Positions 14,075 through 24,120 of a stretch of DNA of 28,682 nucleotides are shown here, piece by piece; the first letter of the stretch is position 1, and each line of letters starts with the position of its first letter. The notes below the pieces were generated by a model. It saw only the letters and a program-made list of their open reading frames with translations. It did no database searches and was not told the origin of the DNA. The position numbers were made by a program, and so were the translations under genes. The stretch is from Elusimicrobia bacterium RIFOXYB2_FULL_48_7. GTDB lineage: Bacteria; Elusimicrobiota; Endomicrobiia; CG1-02-37-114; XYA2-FULL-39-19. The stretch is from positions 12,311 to 40,992 of the forward strand of contig MGVM01000088.1 of NCBI GenBank assembly GCA_001800495.1, read 5' to 3'.

Positions 14075-15535
14075 ATGAACCTGATTATCGCATATCTTGC
14101 CATCTTTTTGCTTCTTGCCGCCGGGTTCATGCTGACGGTCCTTATCACCGGCGACAAGATCACGCTCAAGGCGGAACTCTATGCGGTTTCTTTCGGCCTG
14201 GGAACCGGGCTGGTGTTCCTGGAAATGTTCATCGCCTCCTGGTACGGCATCCACCTCACCACGAAATTGTTTTACATTGCCTTGTTCGTTAATATCGTCC
14301 TGCTCTACATTTTTTCCGCGAAAAAACTGCATAAACGCAAGCTGTCGCTTGTTCTCATGAAAAAAAAGACGCAGAAGTTCGGGTTTGTTGAGGTGTTTTT
14401 AATCCTGGTGATCATTTTCAACATCGCCCTGACCCTGGTTGACGCGCTCGCCCTGCCGATGAAAGACTGGGACGCTGTCGCCATATGGAGCTATAAGGCA
14501 AAAATAATATATTATGAATCCATAAAAAGCGCCGGTTATTTCACTGACCCGACAAAAAGTTATTCGCACCCTGACTACCCGCTTATGGTGCCGTTCATGC
14601 AGGCGTATATCTATACGGCCATCGGGCACGTTGACGACAGGCTTGCGCGGCTGATTTTCTTTTCCTACTATTTTTTCCTGCTGTTATTCGTGTATTCGCT
14701 GATGAGCAAGTCCATCGCGCGCAACCATGCCCTTTTCTTCACCGCGCTTTTCGCGACTCTTCCCGCTCTTTTGAACGAATCGGTTTCCGGTTACTCGGAC
14801 CTGCCGCTGGCATTTTACTACTTTCCCATGGCTGCTTACCTATACCTGTTTATCAAGGAAGGCCGCAGTGAACACCTGGCGCTTTCAGCGGTATTTTCAG
14901 CGCTGTGCGTGTTCGCAAAGAACGAAGGGATGGCCCTGCTCCTGATAAACCTGGCGGTTCTGGCGGGTTTCTTTTTCTCTAAAAGCAGGGAGGGCGTTCC
15001 GGCTTTGCACGGCGCTGACCGGAAAGAACTGAAGAAGCCCTACAAACTGCGCCAATTATTTTATTATACGGCGGCCGTGCTTCTGATCATATCCCCCTGG
15101 CTCATTTTCCGCAGGAATATAACCGTGATACAGGAAGATTATTTTTCGCAGCTCAATTTGCAGGTAATTATCGGTAATTTACCAAGGATTCCCCTGATAC
15201 TTTCGTCATTTGTCACGGAATTCGCCGATTTTAAAAGCTGGAACATACTCTGGATAATCCTTGTGGTTCTCGCGCTTTTCAACATTGAGCACCTGCTTCA
15301 AAAACCTCTTGTATTTCTGAACGTGTTGTTCCTGGCGCACCTCTGCCTCTATGTAATAATCTATGTGATAACCCCCTGGGAACCGCAAATACTGATCAAG
15401 ACCACCATTTCCCGGCTTTTGATCCACCTCGCCCCCATTGCGGTATTCCTGTGCGCCGAGCTGTTCAGTTCCGGCACTCGGTACTTCACTGTTTCCAATT
15501 CGGGGACACAATATTTAATTCAAAATAGCCGATGA
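14075..15535 (+). CDS. ArnT/PMT-like (GT-C) membrane glycosyltransferase
   Basis: 'MKDWDAVAIWSYKAKIIY...SHPDYPLMVP...GYSDLPLAFY...AKNEGM' in a polytopic protein. Confidence 0.75.
   Translation: MNLIIAYLAIFLLLAAGFMLTVLITGDKITLKAELYAVSFGLGTGLVFLEMFIASWYGIHLTTKLFYIALFVNIVLLYIFSAKKLHKRKLSLVLMKKKTQKFGFVEVFLILVIIFNIALTLVDALALPMKDWDAVAIWSYKAKIIYYESIKSAGYFTDPTKSYSHPDYPLMVPFMQAYIYTAIGHVDDRLARLIFFSYYFFLLLFVYSLMSKSIARNHALFFTALFATLPALLNESVSGYSDLPLAFYYFPMAAYLYLFIKEGRSEHLALSAVFSALCVFAKNEGMALLLINLAVLAGFFFSKSREGVPALHGADRKELKKPYKLRQLFYYTAAVLLIISPWLIFRRNITVIQEDYFSQLNLQVIIGNLPRIPLILSSFVTEFADFKSWNILWIILVVLALFNIEHLLQKPLVFLNVLFLAHLCLYVIIYVITPWEPQILIKTTISRLLIHLAPIAVFLCAELFSSGTRYFTVSNSGTQYLIQNSR
15501..15520 (+). 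repeat. GGGGAC-type repeat, copy 2 (CGGGGACACAATATTTAATT)
   Basis: 18/20 identical to 9360-9379. Lies inside the 3' end of 14075..15535. Confidence 0.55.
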
Positions 15536-15549
15536 ATCGGCAACTACAA
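15528..15549 (-). repeat. GTAG-type REP family A
   Basis: Exact 22-nt match to 12284-12305. Contains the TGA of the upstream gene and the first base of the next ATG. Confidence 0.85.
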
Positions 15550-17294
15550 TGGAATTAAAATATATATTTTCTTTCCTTGGCGTTTATACTATTCTTGTAA
15601 TGCCCGGGATAATGCTGGCTTATTGCCTGTTCAGGGACAGGGAGCTCAAGGAGATATTCCTGCTCGGGAACACGCTGGGGCTGGCGCTGGCGATTTTCAC
15701 CGGTTACTTCGCCTGCATGGCCGGGCTTGCCCGCATAAATTATTTCGTTTACGTCCTGGGCGCGCAATACGTTGTTTCTATCTCCCTGTTCCTGTCCGCG
15801 CTGAAAAGCAAACCGTCTTTCAAGCTGCCCGGCGCGTCATCCTTTCCGCTTATCTTTCTTTGCCTGGTTGTCTTTGTTTCCAGGCTTATACCGCTGTTTT
15901 ATACACAGTTTCCCCGCGGGTGGGACCCGTCTTTCCACTGCATAATAGCCCAAAAACTACTGATAACAGGTATCCTTCCTGACAACTGGATGCCGTTTGA
16001 ACCCTCAGCCATGAATTACACTATGGGCAGCCACATCCTGCTGGCGCTGGTTTCAAAGTTCACCGGGATACCTGTGCACCAGGCGTTCAAACTGTTTTAC
16101 CCTTTCCTCGCGGTGCTGGCCGCGCTGGGAATTTACTGCCTCGCGTTGTATTTTACTGATAACCGTAAAATCAGCGTTCTGAGTTTTGTTTCGTATTCTT
16201 TCCTTGCCAACTGGGGAAGCGTGGATTATTACAACTGGGGCGGGCTGCCTAACATGTTCGGCATGCTTTTCCTGCTGGTTATTCTTTTGTTGGTGCTCAA
16301 ACAACCGGCCGGCACGGGCAGGGTAAAAAACATTCTTATAGGAAGCATATTGCTGTCCGCCGTGTACCTCACGCACCATTTGAGCGCAGTGGTGATAATC
16401 TCCCTGTTCTCTTTCTACGCGCTGCTGGGCCTTATCCGCTCCGGAAAACTTGATAAGACATCAAGCGCATTTATTTTTATCACGCTATTGTCTCTTGTCC
16501 TGTCCTTCATCCCGCTGCTGCCGTTCATTTCAAAAGTTGGCACTATCACATCAACAACCGCGCTGAAGTATTTCGACGAGCCGATGATCCTGCCGCACAC
16601 CGCGCTGAAAAATGTGGGGATGCTTTTGTCTGCGCTTGCTATTACAGGCATTTATCTTGTTTTCCGTGAGAAACGTATGGGTGAAGCCGGGAGGTTTTTC
16701 CTTGTTTACTGGGCGGCGGAGCTTTTGGCTGTATATTTCTGCCTTGATTATGTTTACAGGGCGTTCACGATGCTGATTTTCAAGGAAAATTTCACGGCGT
16801 TCACGCCTTCAAGGTTCCTGACGGACATGGCGTACCCGCTTTCAATATTTTCCGCGGTGTGCTTATACAAGGTTCTTGAAAAAATAAAGTTTAAAGGAAG
16901 TTTTGCCTTAATTGTAGCGGCAATGGTCATGTACGGTTCGCCCGCGATAAAAAACCAGTGCGGACCTGACCGTTTCGCCCCAAAGGACGCCGCCGGTTAT
17001 GAATGGATGGGAAAAAATACGCCTGAAGGCGGGGTGCTGCTTGTATGGGATTACTGGGCGCCTTATATCGCCTGGAGGGAAACTTTATACACGCCGCTGC
17101 CTTCTTCCGAAAACAGGGCCAATGAGTATTCGCTGGATAAACTTAAGGTGGAAAATTTCGACAGCGCAAGGGCCTGGCTGAACAAGTACGGCCGCAAGGG
17201 CTACCTGCCGCTTGACGCTTCTGTAAAACCTGACCTGAACGCTGTCAGGTTAACCGCGCAGCTTGATAATTTGTGTTTGTACGAAGTGAAATAA
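15549..17294 (+). CDS. Polytopic GT-C-like membrane protein (DUF6541/DUF6044-like)
   Basis: 'PRGWDPSFHCIIAQ...NYTMGSHILLA...WGGLPNMFG...LTHHLS...FTPSRF' followed by a C-terminal soluble domain. Confidence 0.65.
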   Translation: MELKYIFSFLGVYTILVMPGIMLAYCLFRDRELKEIFLLGNTLGLALAIFTGYFACMAGLARINYFVYVLGAQYVVSISLFLSALKSKPSFKLPGASSFPLIFLCLVVFVSRLIPLFYTQFPRGWDPSFHCIIAQKLLITGILPDNWMPFEPSAMNYTMGSHILLALVSKFTGIPVHQAFKLFYPFLAVLAALGIYCLALYFTDNRKISVLSFVSYSFLANWGSVDYYNWGGLPNMFGMLFLLVILLLVLKQPAGTGRVKNILIGSILLSAVYLTHHLSAVVIISLFSFYALLGLIRSGKLDKTSSAFIFITLLSLVLSFIPLLPFISKVGTITSTTALKYFDEPMILPHTALKNVGMLLSALAITGIYLVFREKRMGEAGRFFLVYWAAELLAVYFCLDYVYRAFTMLIFKENFTAFTPSRFLTDMAYPLSIFSAVCLYKVLEKIKFKGSFALIVAAMVMYGSPAIKNQCGPDRFAPKDAAGYEWMGKNTPEGGVLLVWDYWAPYIAWRETLYTPLPSSENRANEYSLDKLKVENFDSARAWLNKYGRKGYLPLDASVKPDLNAVRLTAQLDNLCLYEVK

Positions 17295-17310
17295 CACAGG
17301 CAGCAGACGG

Positions 17311-18723
<1,413 letters not shown>

Positions 18724-18781
18724 TCATTTTGCAATCATTGATTTATAGTATTCGGTAATACCTCATTGTACCCACGGACTG

Positions 18782-18811
18782 ATTATATTATATATGTTTT
18801 CTTTATGTCAA
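18782..18811 (-). promoter_or_regulatory. sigma70 promoter for gdhA
   Basis: Consensus TTGACA (18811-18806), 18-nt spacer, TATAAT (18787-18782). Confidence 0.65.
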
Positions 18812-18841
18812 GAATTCGATTTATCCCTCAACCTTTTTTCA

Positions 18842-18871
18842 TTCACAATCCTGGTTAAAGTATGCTATAAT
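18842..18871 (+). promoter_or_regulatory. sigma70 / extended -10 promoter for the GT39 gene
   Basis: TTCACA (18842-18847), 18-nt spacer, TATAAT (18866-18871) preceded by TGc. Confidence 0.55.
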
Positions 18872-18903
18872 ATTTTGCAGGCACAATTTGGGGGCACAAT
18901 AGT

Positions 18904-20370
18904 TTGAAAGTAAAAACAAAAACATTCTTGTTGATAATACTGGCCATGGGATTGGCAGTGAGGCTTATAAATCTTAATACGCCTCTTGTCGATGCTCATT
19001 CCTGGCGGCAGACATTTACCGCCATGATAGCAAATAACTTTTATTTGCATGGGTACAAAATAATGTATCCGGAAGTTGATTATAACGGCAACGATAGCGG
19101 GTATGTTGCAAGCGAGTTCCCCGTATATCCCTTCATTGTAGCGCTGCTATATAAGATTTGGGGCATGCATGATGCGCTCGGCAAGGCAATATCGATAGCA
19201 TTTTATCTTTTATCCTCAATTCTTGTTTTTTTTCTTTTCAGGAAATATTCAAGCGAAAGCACCGCCAGGTGGTCGCTGATATTCTATTTATTCCTGCCCC
19301 TGAATATCTTTTACAGCCAGGCCTTTATGCCTGAATCGATGATGATGTTTTGTTCGATAGGCACGGTTTATTTCTTTGATAAATGGGCCCAAAAAAGGAA
19401 TATTATTTATTTTCTCTTCGCAGCCGTGTTTTTTACCCTGGATATTCTAATAAAACCCTTCACTCTTTACCTGCTGCTTCCCTTGGGCTACCTTTTTTTC
19501 AAGGATAATAGCGGCATTAAAAAAACTAAGCTTCTGCAGATTTATCCTTTTTTATTGTTTATCGCCCTGTCCCTGATATTCCCGGTCTATTGGTTTGCTT
19601 TCTGGCACAAAAACCTGAACCCCGAACTTTTTGGCCATATATGGAATGCCCGGGATCGCTGGGGAAATATAAAATGGTGGCTCAATCCGCACTGGTATTC
19701 AAGGGTTTTTCTACAGCATATAACTGAGAATTGGCTTGTATTTTCCGGTGCCGTATTTTTTATTATGGGGTATATACGCAAACCAGTGTTGGAAAGCGAA
19801 AAGGTTTTTCGCTGGTGGTTTATAGCAATAATAATTTACTTTTTCCTGATAGCCGGCGGCAACTTCCCGCATGAGTATTACCAGTTCCCCATGGTTGTAC
19901 CTGTGTGTTTTTTCATCGGCAAATACCTTGACTTTTTCTTCCGGGATCTTACGGCACAACCGGGACTGTATAAAAAACCATCGTCAATCCTGATTTTATT
20001 TTTATTGTTTTGTATGATTCCAATTTCCGCAGGGAAACTAATGCACAGAATGCGGGGCTGCATGCAGAAGGAATATTTTGAATCGGGCAGAATAATTGAT
20101 TCAACAACGGAAAAACAGGGCTTGATTGTAGTATCGGATTACGATTTGCCCGAAGTAATCTATTATTCAAAAAGAAAGGGCTGGCATATCACTCCCGACC
20201 AGCAATCACCTGAACTAATCGAAAAATACCGAAAAAAAGGCGCCGAATATTTCTCAACAACAAGAATAAATGAATTCAACAACGACAGGGTTTTTTCCGA
20301 TTATATGTCAACAAACTTTAGATTATTGCCTGCCTCAAGCACAAAATTCAAAATATTCGAACTCAAATAA
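18904..20370 (+). CDS. Glycosyltransferase family 39 / ArnT-like GT-C membrane protein
   Basis: 'DAHSWRQTFTAMIANNFY...YVASEFPVYPFIVA...YSQAFMPESMMMF...LIKPF...HEYYQFPMV'. TTG start. Confidence 0.8.
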   Translation: MKVKTKTFLLIILAMGLAVRLINLNTPLVDAHSWRQTFTAMIANNFYLHGYKIMYPEVDYNGNDSGYVASEFPVYPFIVALLYKIWGMHDALGKAISIAFYLLSSILVFFLFRKYSSESTARWSLIFYLFLPLNIFYSQAFMPESMMMFCSIGTVYFFDKWAQKRNIIYFLFAAVFFTLDILIKPFTLYLLLPLGYLFFKDNSGIKKTKLLQIYPFLLFIALSLIFPVYWFAFWHKNLNPELFGHIWNARDRWGNIKWWLNPHWYSRVFLQHITENWLVFSGAVFFIMGYIRKPVLESEKVFRWWFIAIIIYFFLIAGGNFPHEYYQFPMVVPVCFFIGKYLDFFFRDLTAQPGLYKKPSSILILFLLFCMIPISAGKLMHRMRGCMQKEYFESGRIIDSTTEKQGLIVVSDYDLPEVIYYSKRKGWHITPDQQSPELIEKYRKKGAEYFSTTRINEFNNDRVFSDYMSTNFRLLPASSTKFKIFELK

Positions 20371-20391
20371 CACTTTTTTTCATCAGCGTTT

Positions 20392-20943
20392 CTACAAGTC
20401 CCTTGTGTATCTTTTCAGGTTGTTCTTAAGCAATTTCCTGCCGCGGATCAAGCGCACGCCCACTGTATCCACCGGGATATTGAGGATTTTTGCGATTTCA
20501 TCGTATGGCATATCTTCCAGTTCCTTAAGTATGATCACTTCGCTGTATTTTTCGGGCAGTTTCGCGGTTTCCCTGCGCACAAGCTCCTGCATTTCTTTTT
20601 CTATGAGCGAATCCACCAGTTTCGGCTCGGAATTGTCGGCAAACTGCTGCTGGCGGTTTTCGGCGTCGCCTGCTCCGAGCCTTGGGGCATCGATTGAAAC
20701 AACCTCGATGTTGCGCTCCCTGTGCCGCCTGCGCGCGCGGTTTTTTTCGTTGCAGAGGTTTATGGCTATCCGGTAAAGCCAGGAAAAAATGCCGGCCTCA
20801 TTCCTGAAATTTTCGAAATTCTTGTACGCCCGGATGAAGGCCTCCTGGGTTATATCCTCCGCCTCCGCGCCGCTGCCGGTATACTTGAAGCAAAGCCTGA
20901 AGATTTTTTCCTTGTTTTCCTGGTATACTTGTTCAAATTGCAT
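20392..20943 (-). CDS. ECF-subfamily sigma-70 factor
   Basis: Region 2 'AEDITQEAFIRAYKNFENFR...FSWLYRIAIN' and region 4 'LPEKYSEVIILKELEDMPYDEIAKILNIPVDTVGVRLIRGR'. Confidence 0.93.
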   Translation of the reverse strand: MQFEQVYQENKEKIFRLCFKYTGSGAEAEDITQEAFIRAYKNFENFRNEAGIFSWLYRIAINLCNEKNRARRRHRERNIEVVSIDAPRLGAGDAENRQQQFADNSEPKLVDSLIEKEMQELVRRETAKLPEKYSEVIILKELEDMPYDEIAKILNIPVDTVGVRLIRGRKLLKNNLKRYTRDL

Positions 20944-20971
20944 AATTTAGGGGACGGAGTCAGTTTGTCAG
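20943..20971 (+). repeat. RAYT-flanking element copy 1 (TAATTTAGGGGACGGAGTCAGTTTGTCAG)
   Basis: 29-nt exact reverse complement of 24121-24149, and 26-nt exact reverse complement of 21997-22022. Confidence 0.9.
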
Positions 20972-21955
20972 CTTATAACCGCTCTTTTCTGCCAGCCTTT
21001 CTCCGCGCCTTACTGCACCACTTACCGATTGTTTGGTTATTCCAAAATACCGGCCTATCTCTGCCATATTAATTCCCAAGTCCCTATTTAGCCAGAAAGC
21101 CGCCAGGCTTCTAGCCTGAGATGCTTTATCCTTGCGGCTGAATTTTAATATATTTGCCTCATCGATTCCCATCAAATTGCAAGATAATTTTATCACCCTA
21201 TTGATATCCCAGCCATCTTTTTTCAATTTCTCTTTCTTTTTCAGGTTTTCTTCCGAAATTTTCAATACTTCATTTACGAAATCGACATCGCCTAGCAGTC
21301 GTTCATCTCCGCGCCAATTCTCCTTTAATTCCTTTATGCTGTCCCACCCGGCCAGGCTTCGTTTTAACCCGCCGCCGGATAAATCTCTGCGTTTGCCCGT
21401 GTCTTTCGCTTCGTCAATGAAAGCCAGATACTTTTTTACTGCTTCCGTTCTGTTTGAATCGAAATGCTCCAATATTTCTCCTGTCGTCTGAAAAACATGT
21501 ATCGCAGCTCCAAGCAATGCCTGATGCCCGCTCCATTTGTATTCATTAAGTTCGCTGATATCTTTTACCAGCCTGGCCCTGAGCGGGTTCAGATGAATAT
21601 ACCTGACCAGCTCCAACAAATAATTGTCTTCCTGGCAAAGTATTGATTTATACCTGTTTTGATATAAATATCCGCTCCTTTCGTATCTGGTGTTGAAATA
21701 AACCGCGTATCCGGTGAGCAATTTGCGCATTAATTCGCTTAATGATTTAGTCCCGGTTCTTATCAATAAATGAAAATGGTTGGGCATCAAAACCCAACCA
21801 TAACACTTGCAGCCTGTTTGTTTCAGTCCTTCTGAAAGGCGCCGCAGAAATTCTTTGCGATCCTGATCGTCTTTGAATATTTCTCTTCGTTCCAATCCCC
21901 GTGCAATTACATGGTATACTGCCCCTGGAATATCAATTCTTCTGTGTCTAGGCAT
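20960..21955 (-). CDS. REP-associated tyrosine transposase (RAYT; Y1/IS200-like HUH) with C-terminal DnaA-C-like HTH
   Basis: 'YHVIARG...IFKDDQDR...VLMPNHFHLL' (HUH), 'YQNRYKS...LVRYIHLNPLRARLV...YKWSG' (catalytic Tyr region), and C-terminal 'ARSLAAFWL...NMAEIGRYFGITKQSVS'. Confidence 0.9.
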   Translation of the reverse strand: MPRHRRIDIPGAVYHVIARGLERREIFKDDQDRKEFLRRLSEGLKQTGCKCYGWVLMPNHFHLLIRTGTKSLSELMRKLLTGYAVYFNTRYERSGYLYQNRYKSILCQEDNYLLELVRYIHLNPLRARLVKDISELNEYKWSGHQALLGAAIHVFQTTGEILEHFDSNRTEAVKKYLAFIDEAKDTGKRRDLSGGGLKRSLAGWDSIKELKENWRGDERLLGDVDFVNEVLKISEENLKKKEKLKKDGWDINRVIKLSCNLMGIDEANILKFSRKDKASQARSLAAFWLNRDLGINMAEIGRYFGITKQSVSGAVRRGERLAEKSGYKLTN

Positions 21956-21961
21956 AATATA

Positions 21962-21991
21962 TTTTTACCATTTTCTTAAGCTATTTGTCAA
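21962..21991 (-). promoter_or_regulatory. Putative promoter for a leaderless RAYT transcript
   Basis: TTGACA (21991-21986), 18-nt spacer, TAAAAA (21967-21962) preceded by TGg, then 6 nt to ATG 21955. No SD. Confidence 0.55.
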
Positions 21992-21996
21992 TAAGA

Positions 21997-22022
21997 CTGA
22001 CAAACTGACTCCGTCCCCTAAA
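21997..22022 (-). repeat. RAYT-flanking element copy 2 (plus strand CTGACAAACTGACTCCGTCCCCTAAA)
   Basis: Exact inverted match to 20946-20971 and direct match to 24121-24146. Confidence 0.9.
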
Positions 22023-23010
22023 ATTGGTAGCGGAGGCCGAGGGCGGCAGAGGCATTGATGTCTGCGGATTCACCGGAAAACCATATTTTAAAGTCGCCGA
22101 AGAGAAGATCAAACCCGTAAAGGATCCTCAGGTTGACCTGCGGGATGGAGGAAGAGCTGGCGCCGGACATCTCATCATTTGGAGCAGTGCGGGTGTTAAG
22201 CGGGTTGTCGGTTTGCGTCAAATGGATGTTGGTCATTGCATATGACATTTCCCCGTTTGTTTTCCCCATGTTGATATCTGCCTGGAGCCCTGCAAAAGGC
22301 GCAAACCATGAAAACCGCCTGCTTGCGATACCTTTAAGGTTTATCGAGGCAAAATTCCAGTTGACATTAATACGGTTATTCGAATTATAGGTGCGGTTAT
22401 AGGTAGTCGTGCCGTTAAACTCGGTAAAGACATCGCTCCCGGATGACGAACCGTTAAATTCGATCTTCCCGCTGATCGAATTCACGGCTATCGAGCCGAG
22501 GAAATCAAACCCGTCGGTTTTCTGCTCGAACAGCTGCATGCGCAGTTCAGCGCCGGTGACATTATTCGACAGCAGCAATGAATTATCCGTGGTTCTCAGT
22601 GACAGCCCTCCGGATTTCAGCCCCACGTCATAGCCACCCGGAAGTCCGTATTTGATATAAAGGAAAGATGAGGGCAGGGCCAGCGAAGTGAAGGGCGGGT
22701 TGCCTCCGCGCTCAAAAACATAATAATCAAGCCGCTTAAAGGCGTTTGCGTCAGTGTTTGTAATGGCAATGTTCCCGGAAAAACCAAGTTCCAGCCCTTT
22801 CACCGGTAGGGCTTTTGCCGAGGCATTCATTTCAGAACTTCCGCAGAAAGAAATGAGACTGGCGAACTGGTCAGACCACCAGCCCATGGTCAGGCCGATG
22901 TCGTGGCTGAGATCGGAATCCTCCGCTTTCGCTTGCGGGCAAATACCCGTTGTGATTCCCAGGACAAGCAAAACAGCCAGGAACCAGATCCGTCGGTTGA
23001 TTATTGCCAT
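22018..23010 (-). CDS. Putative outer-membrane beta-barrel protein (DUF6588-like)
   Basis: Signal peptide, alternating beta-strands ('LPGGYDVGLK', 'FAPFAGLQADI'), and C-terminal beta-signal ALGLRYQF. Confidence 0.7.
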   Translation of the reverse strand: MAIINRRIWFLAVLLVLGITTGICPQAKAEDSDLSHDIGLTMGWWSDQFASLISFCGSSEMNASAKALPVKGLELGFSGNIAITNTDANAFKRLDYYVFERGGNPPFTSLALPSSFLYIKYGLPGGYDVGLKSGGLSLRTTDNSLLLSNNVTGAELRMQLFEQKTDGFDFLGSIAVNSISGKIEFNGSSSGSDVFTEFNGTTTYNRTYNSNNRINVNWNFASINLKGIASRRFSWFAPFAGLQADINMGKTNGEMSYAMTNIHLTQTDNPLNTRTAPNDEMSGASSSSIPQVNLRILYGFDLLFGDFKIWFSGESADINASAALGLRYQF

Positions 23011-24038
23011 TTTATAAGGGTTTTTGAGGCCGATGAATTTTCCGTGAATACGGTTATTGTCGGGGAGTATTTTATGGTATAGACGCCTTTTTTATCCTGC
23101 AGTGACGCCTTGTACGCGAAACTTCCGTCGCTTTCAACGTTCACCGTTGTGTCAAGCAGGGACACGGGGGCGATGACGCCCGGTTTCAGCTCGTTTTCAA
23201 CCAGCGCGGTTATGTTCAAGCGCACCTTCCGCACGCCGGGAGCAATAACTTTACCCCTGATGGCCACGCCGCCTTTTTCAAGCTGCGGCTCTTCTAACAA
23301 AAGCTGCTCGCTGACTTTCTCGTAAACCAGGCTCATTATCTGGATCTTATCGGCTATGGCCGGTTTGCCATCCGGGCGGGCGAGTATCACGTTGAGTCCT
23401 TCCGTCAGCTGCGCCTTGATCTCAAACTGCATGTTTTTCACCGGCACGCTTTTGTAATCTATCTTTCGCGGGCCGCCCTTGCTGTCACCGCCTGCGCTAG
23501 CGTCTTCCGACAGGAAATACATGGTGTTCATAATAGCCGCGTCAATGGAAGTAATGTTAGGATTGGTGACAACCCCCTTGATAGACACTTCCCGGCTGTT
23601 AGTTTTTGGTTCTGTCGGCGAGGTAAAAACTATCTGGGCCTGCGCGCCCCAGTTCTCGTTTGAGGCGTTTTCCTTTTTCTGCTGTGAGATCAGGTACACG
23701 GGGACGGCTATTTCGCTCCTGCCGGCGCTGACCCTTATGATGTTAAGACCTGGTTCAAGGGTTACTTTTTCGCTGAAACTGCCGTTGATAACAGCCGCTT
23801 TTACAACCGGCTGGCCGGCGCTTTTTTTCAGGGTGAAAGGCTCCACCGAGATGCTTACCTGCCTTACCAGGTCCGTTTCAACCCGGCCGGAGACCATCTG
23901 GGAGCTGTTTTTCGTTGAGGTCACGGATGGCGACAGCAGGGTGATAAACCCACCGGATGCCGCATTACAAATGGCCGGGCAAAATACCGCAGAAATAGAT
24001 GCCAGGCTGATAAGTGCAAAAATCTTCGTTTTTCTCAT
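23001..24038 (-). CDS. Secreted protein with repeated Ig-like (glucodextranase-B-like) domains
   Basis: Start reassigned to ATG 24038 (MRKTKIFALISLAS..., GAAGGG RBS). Repeats 'NGSFSEKVTLEPGLNIIRVSA', 'QFEIKAQLTEGLNVILAR', 'DGSFAYKASL'. Overlaps the next gene by 10 nt. Confidence 0.7.
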   Translation of the reverse strand: MRKTKIFALISLASISAVFCPAICNAASGGFITLLSPSVTSTKNSSQMVSGRVETDLVRQVSISVEPFTLKKSAGQPVVKAAVINGSFSEKVTLEPGLNIIRVSAGRSEIAVPVYLISQQKKENASNENWGAQAQIVFTSPTEPKTNSREVSIKGVVTNPNITSIDAAIMNTMYFLSEDASAGGDSKGGPRKIDYKSVPVKNMQFEIKAQLTEGLNVILARPDGKPAIADKIQIMSLVYEKVSEQLLLEEPQLEKGGVAIRGKVIAPGVRKVRLNITALVENELKPGVIAPVSLLDTTVNVESDGSFAYKASLQDKKGVYTIKYSPTITVFTENSSASKTLIKWQ

Positions 24039-24072
24039 AAATTTCCCTTCTATCTCATTCCTTAAACTGACA

Positions 24073-24106
24073 TACCCCGTATCCTTCCCATCAGATAGCA
24101 AGGGTA
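24073..24106 (+). repeat. Bulged-hairpin repeat, copy 3, degenerate (TACCCCGT-ATCC-TTCCCATC-AGAT-AGC-AAGGGTA)
   Basis: 29/35 identical to copy 2. Confidence 0.65.
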
Positions 24107-24120
24107 TCAAACTCACTAAA

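Larger units (their letters stand above)
20943..22025. mobile_element. RAYT locus bounded by inverted 26-bp repeats
   Basis: Transposase sits between inverted copies 20946-20971 and 21997-22022. No target-site duplication seen, as expected for HUH chemistry. Confidence 0.7.
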
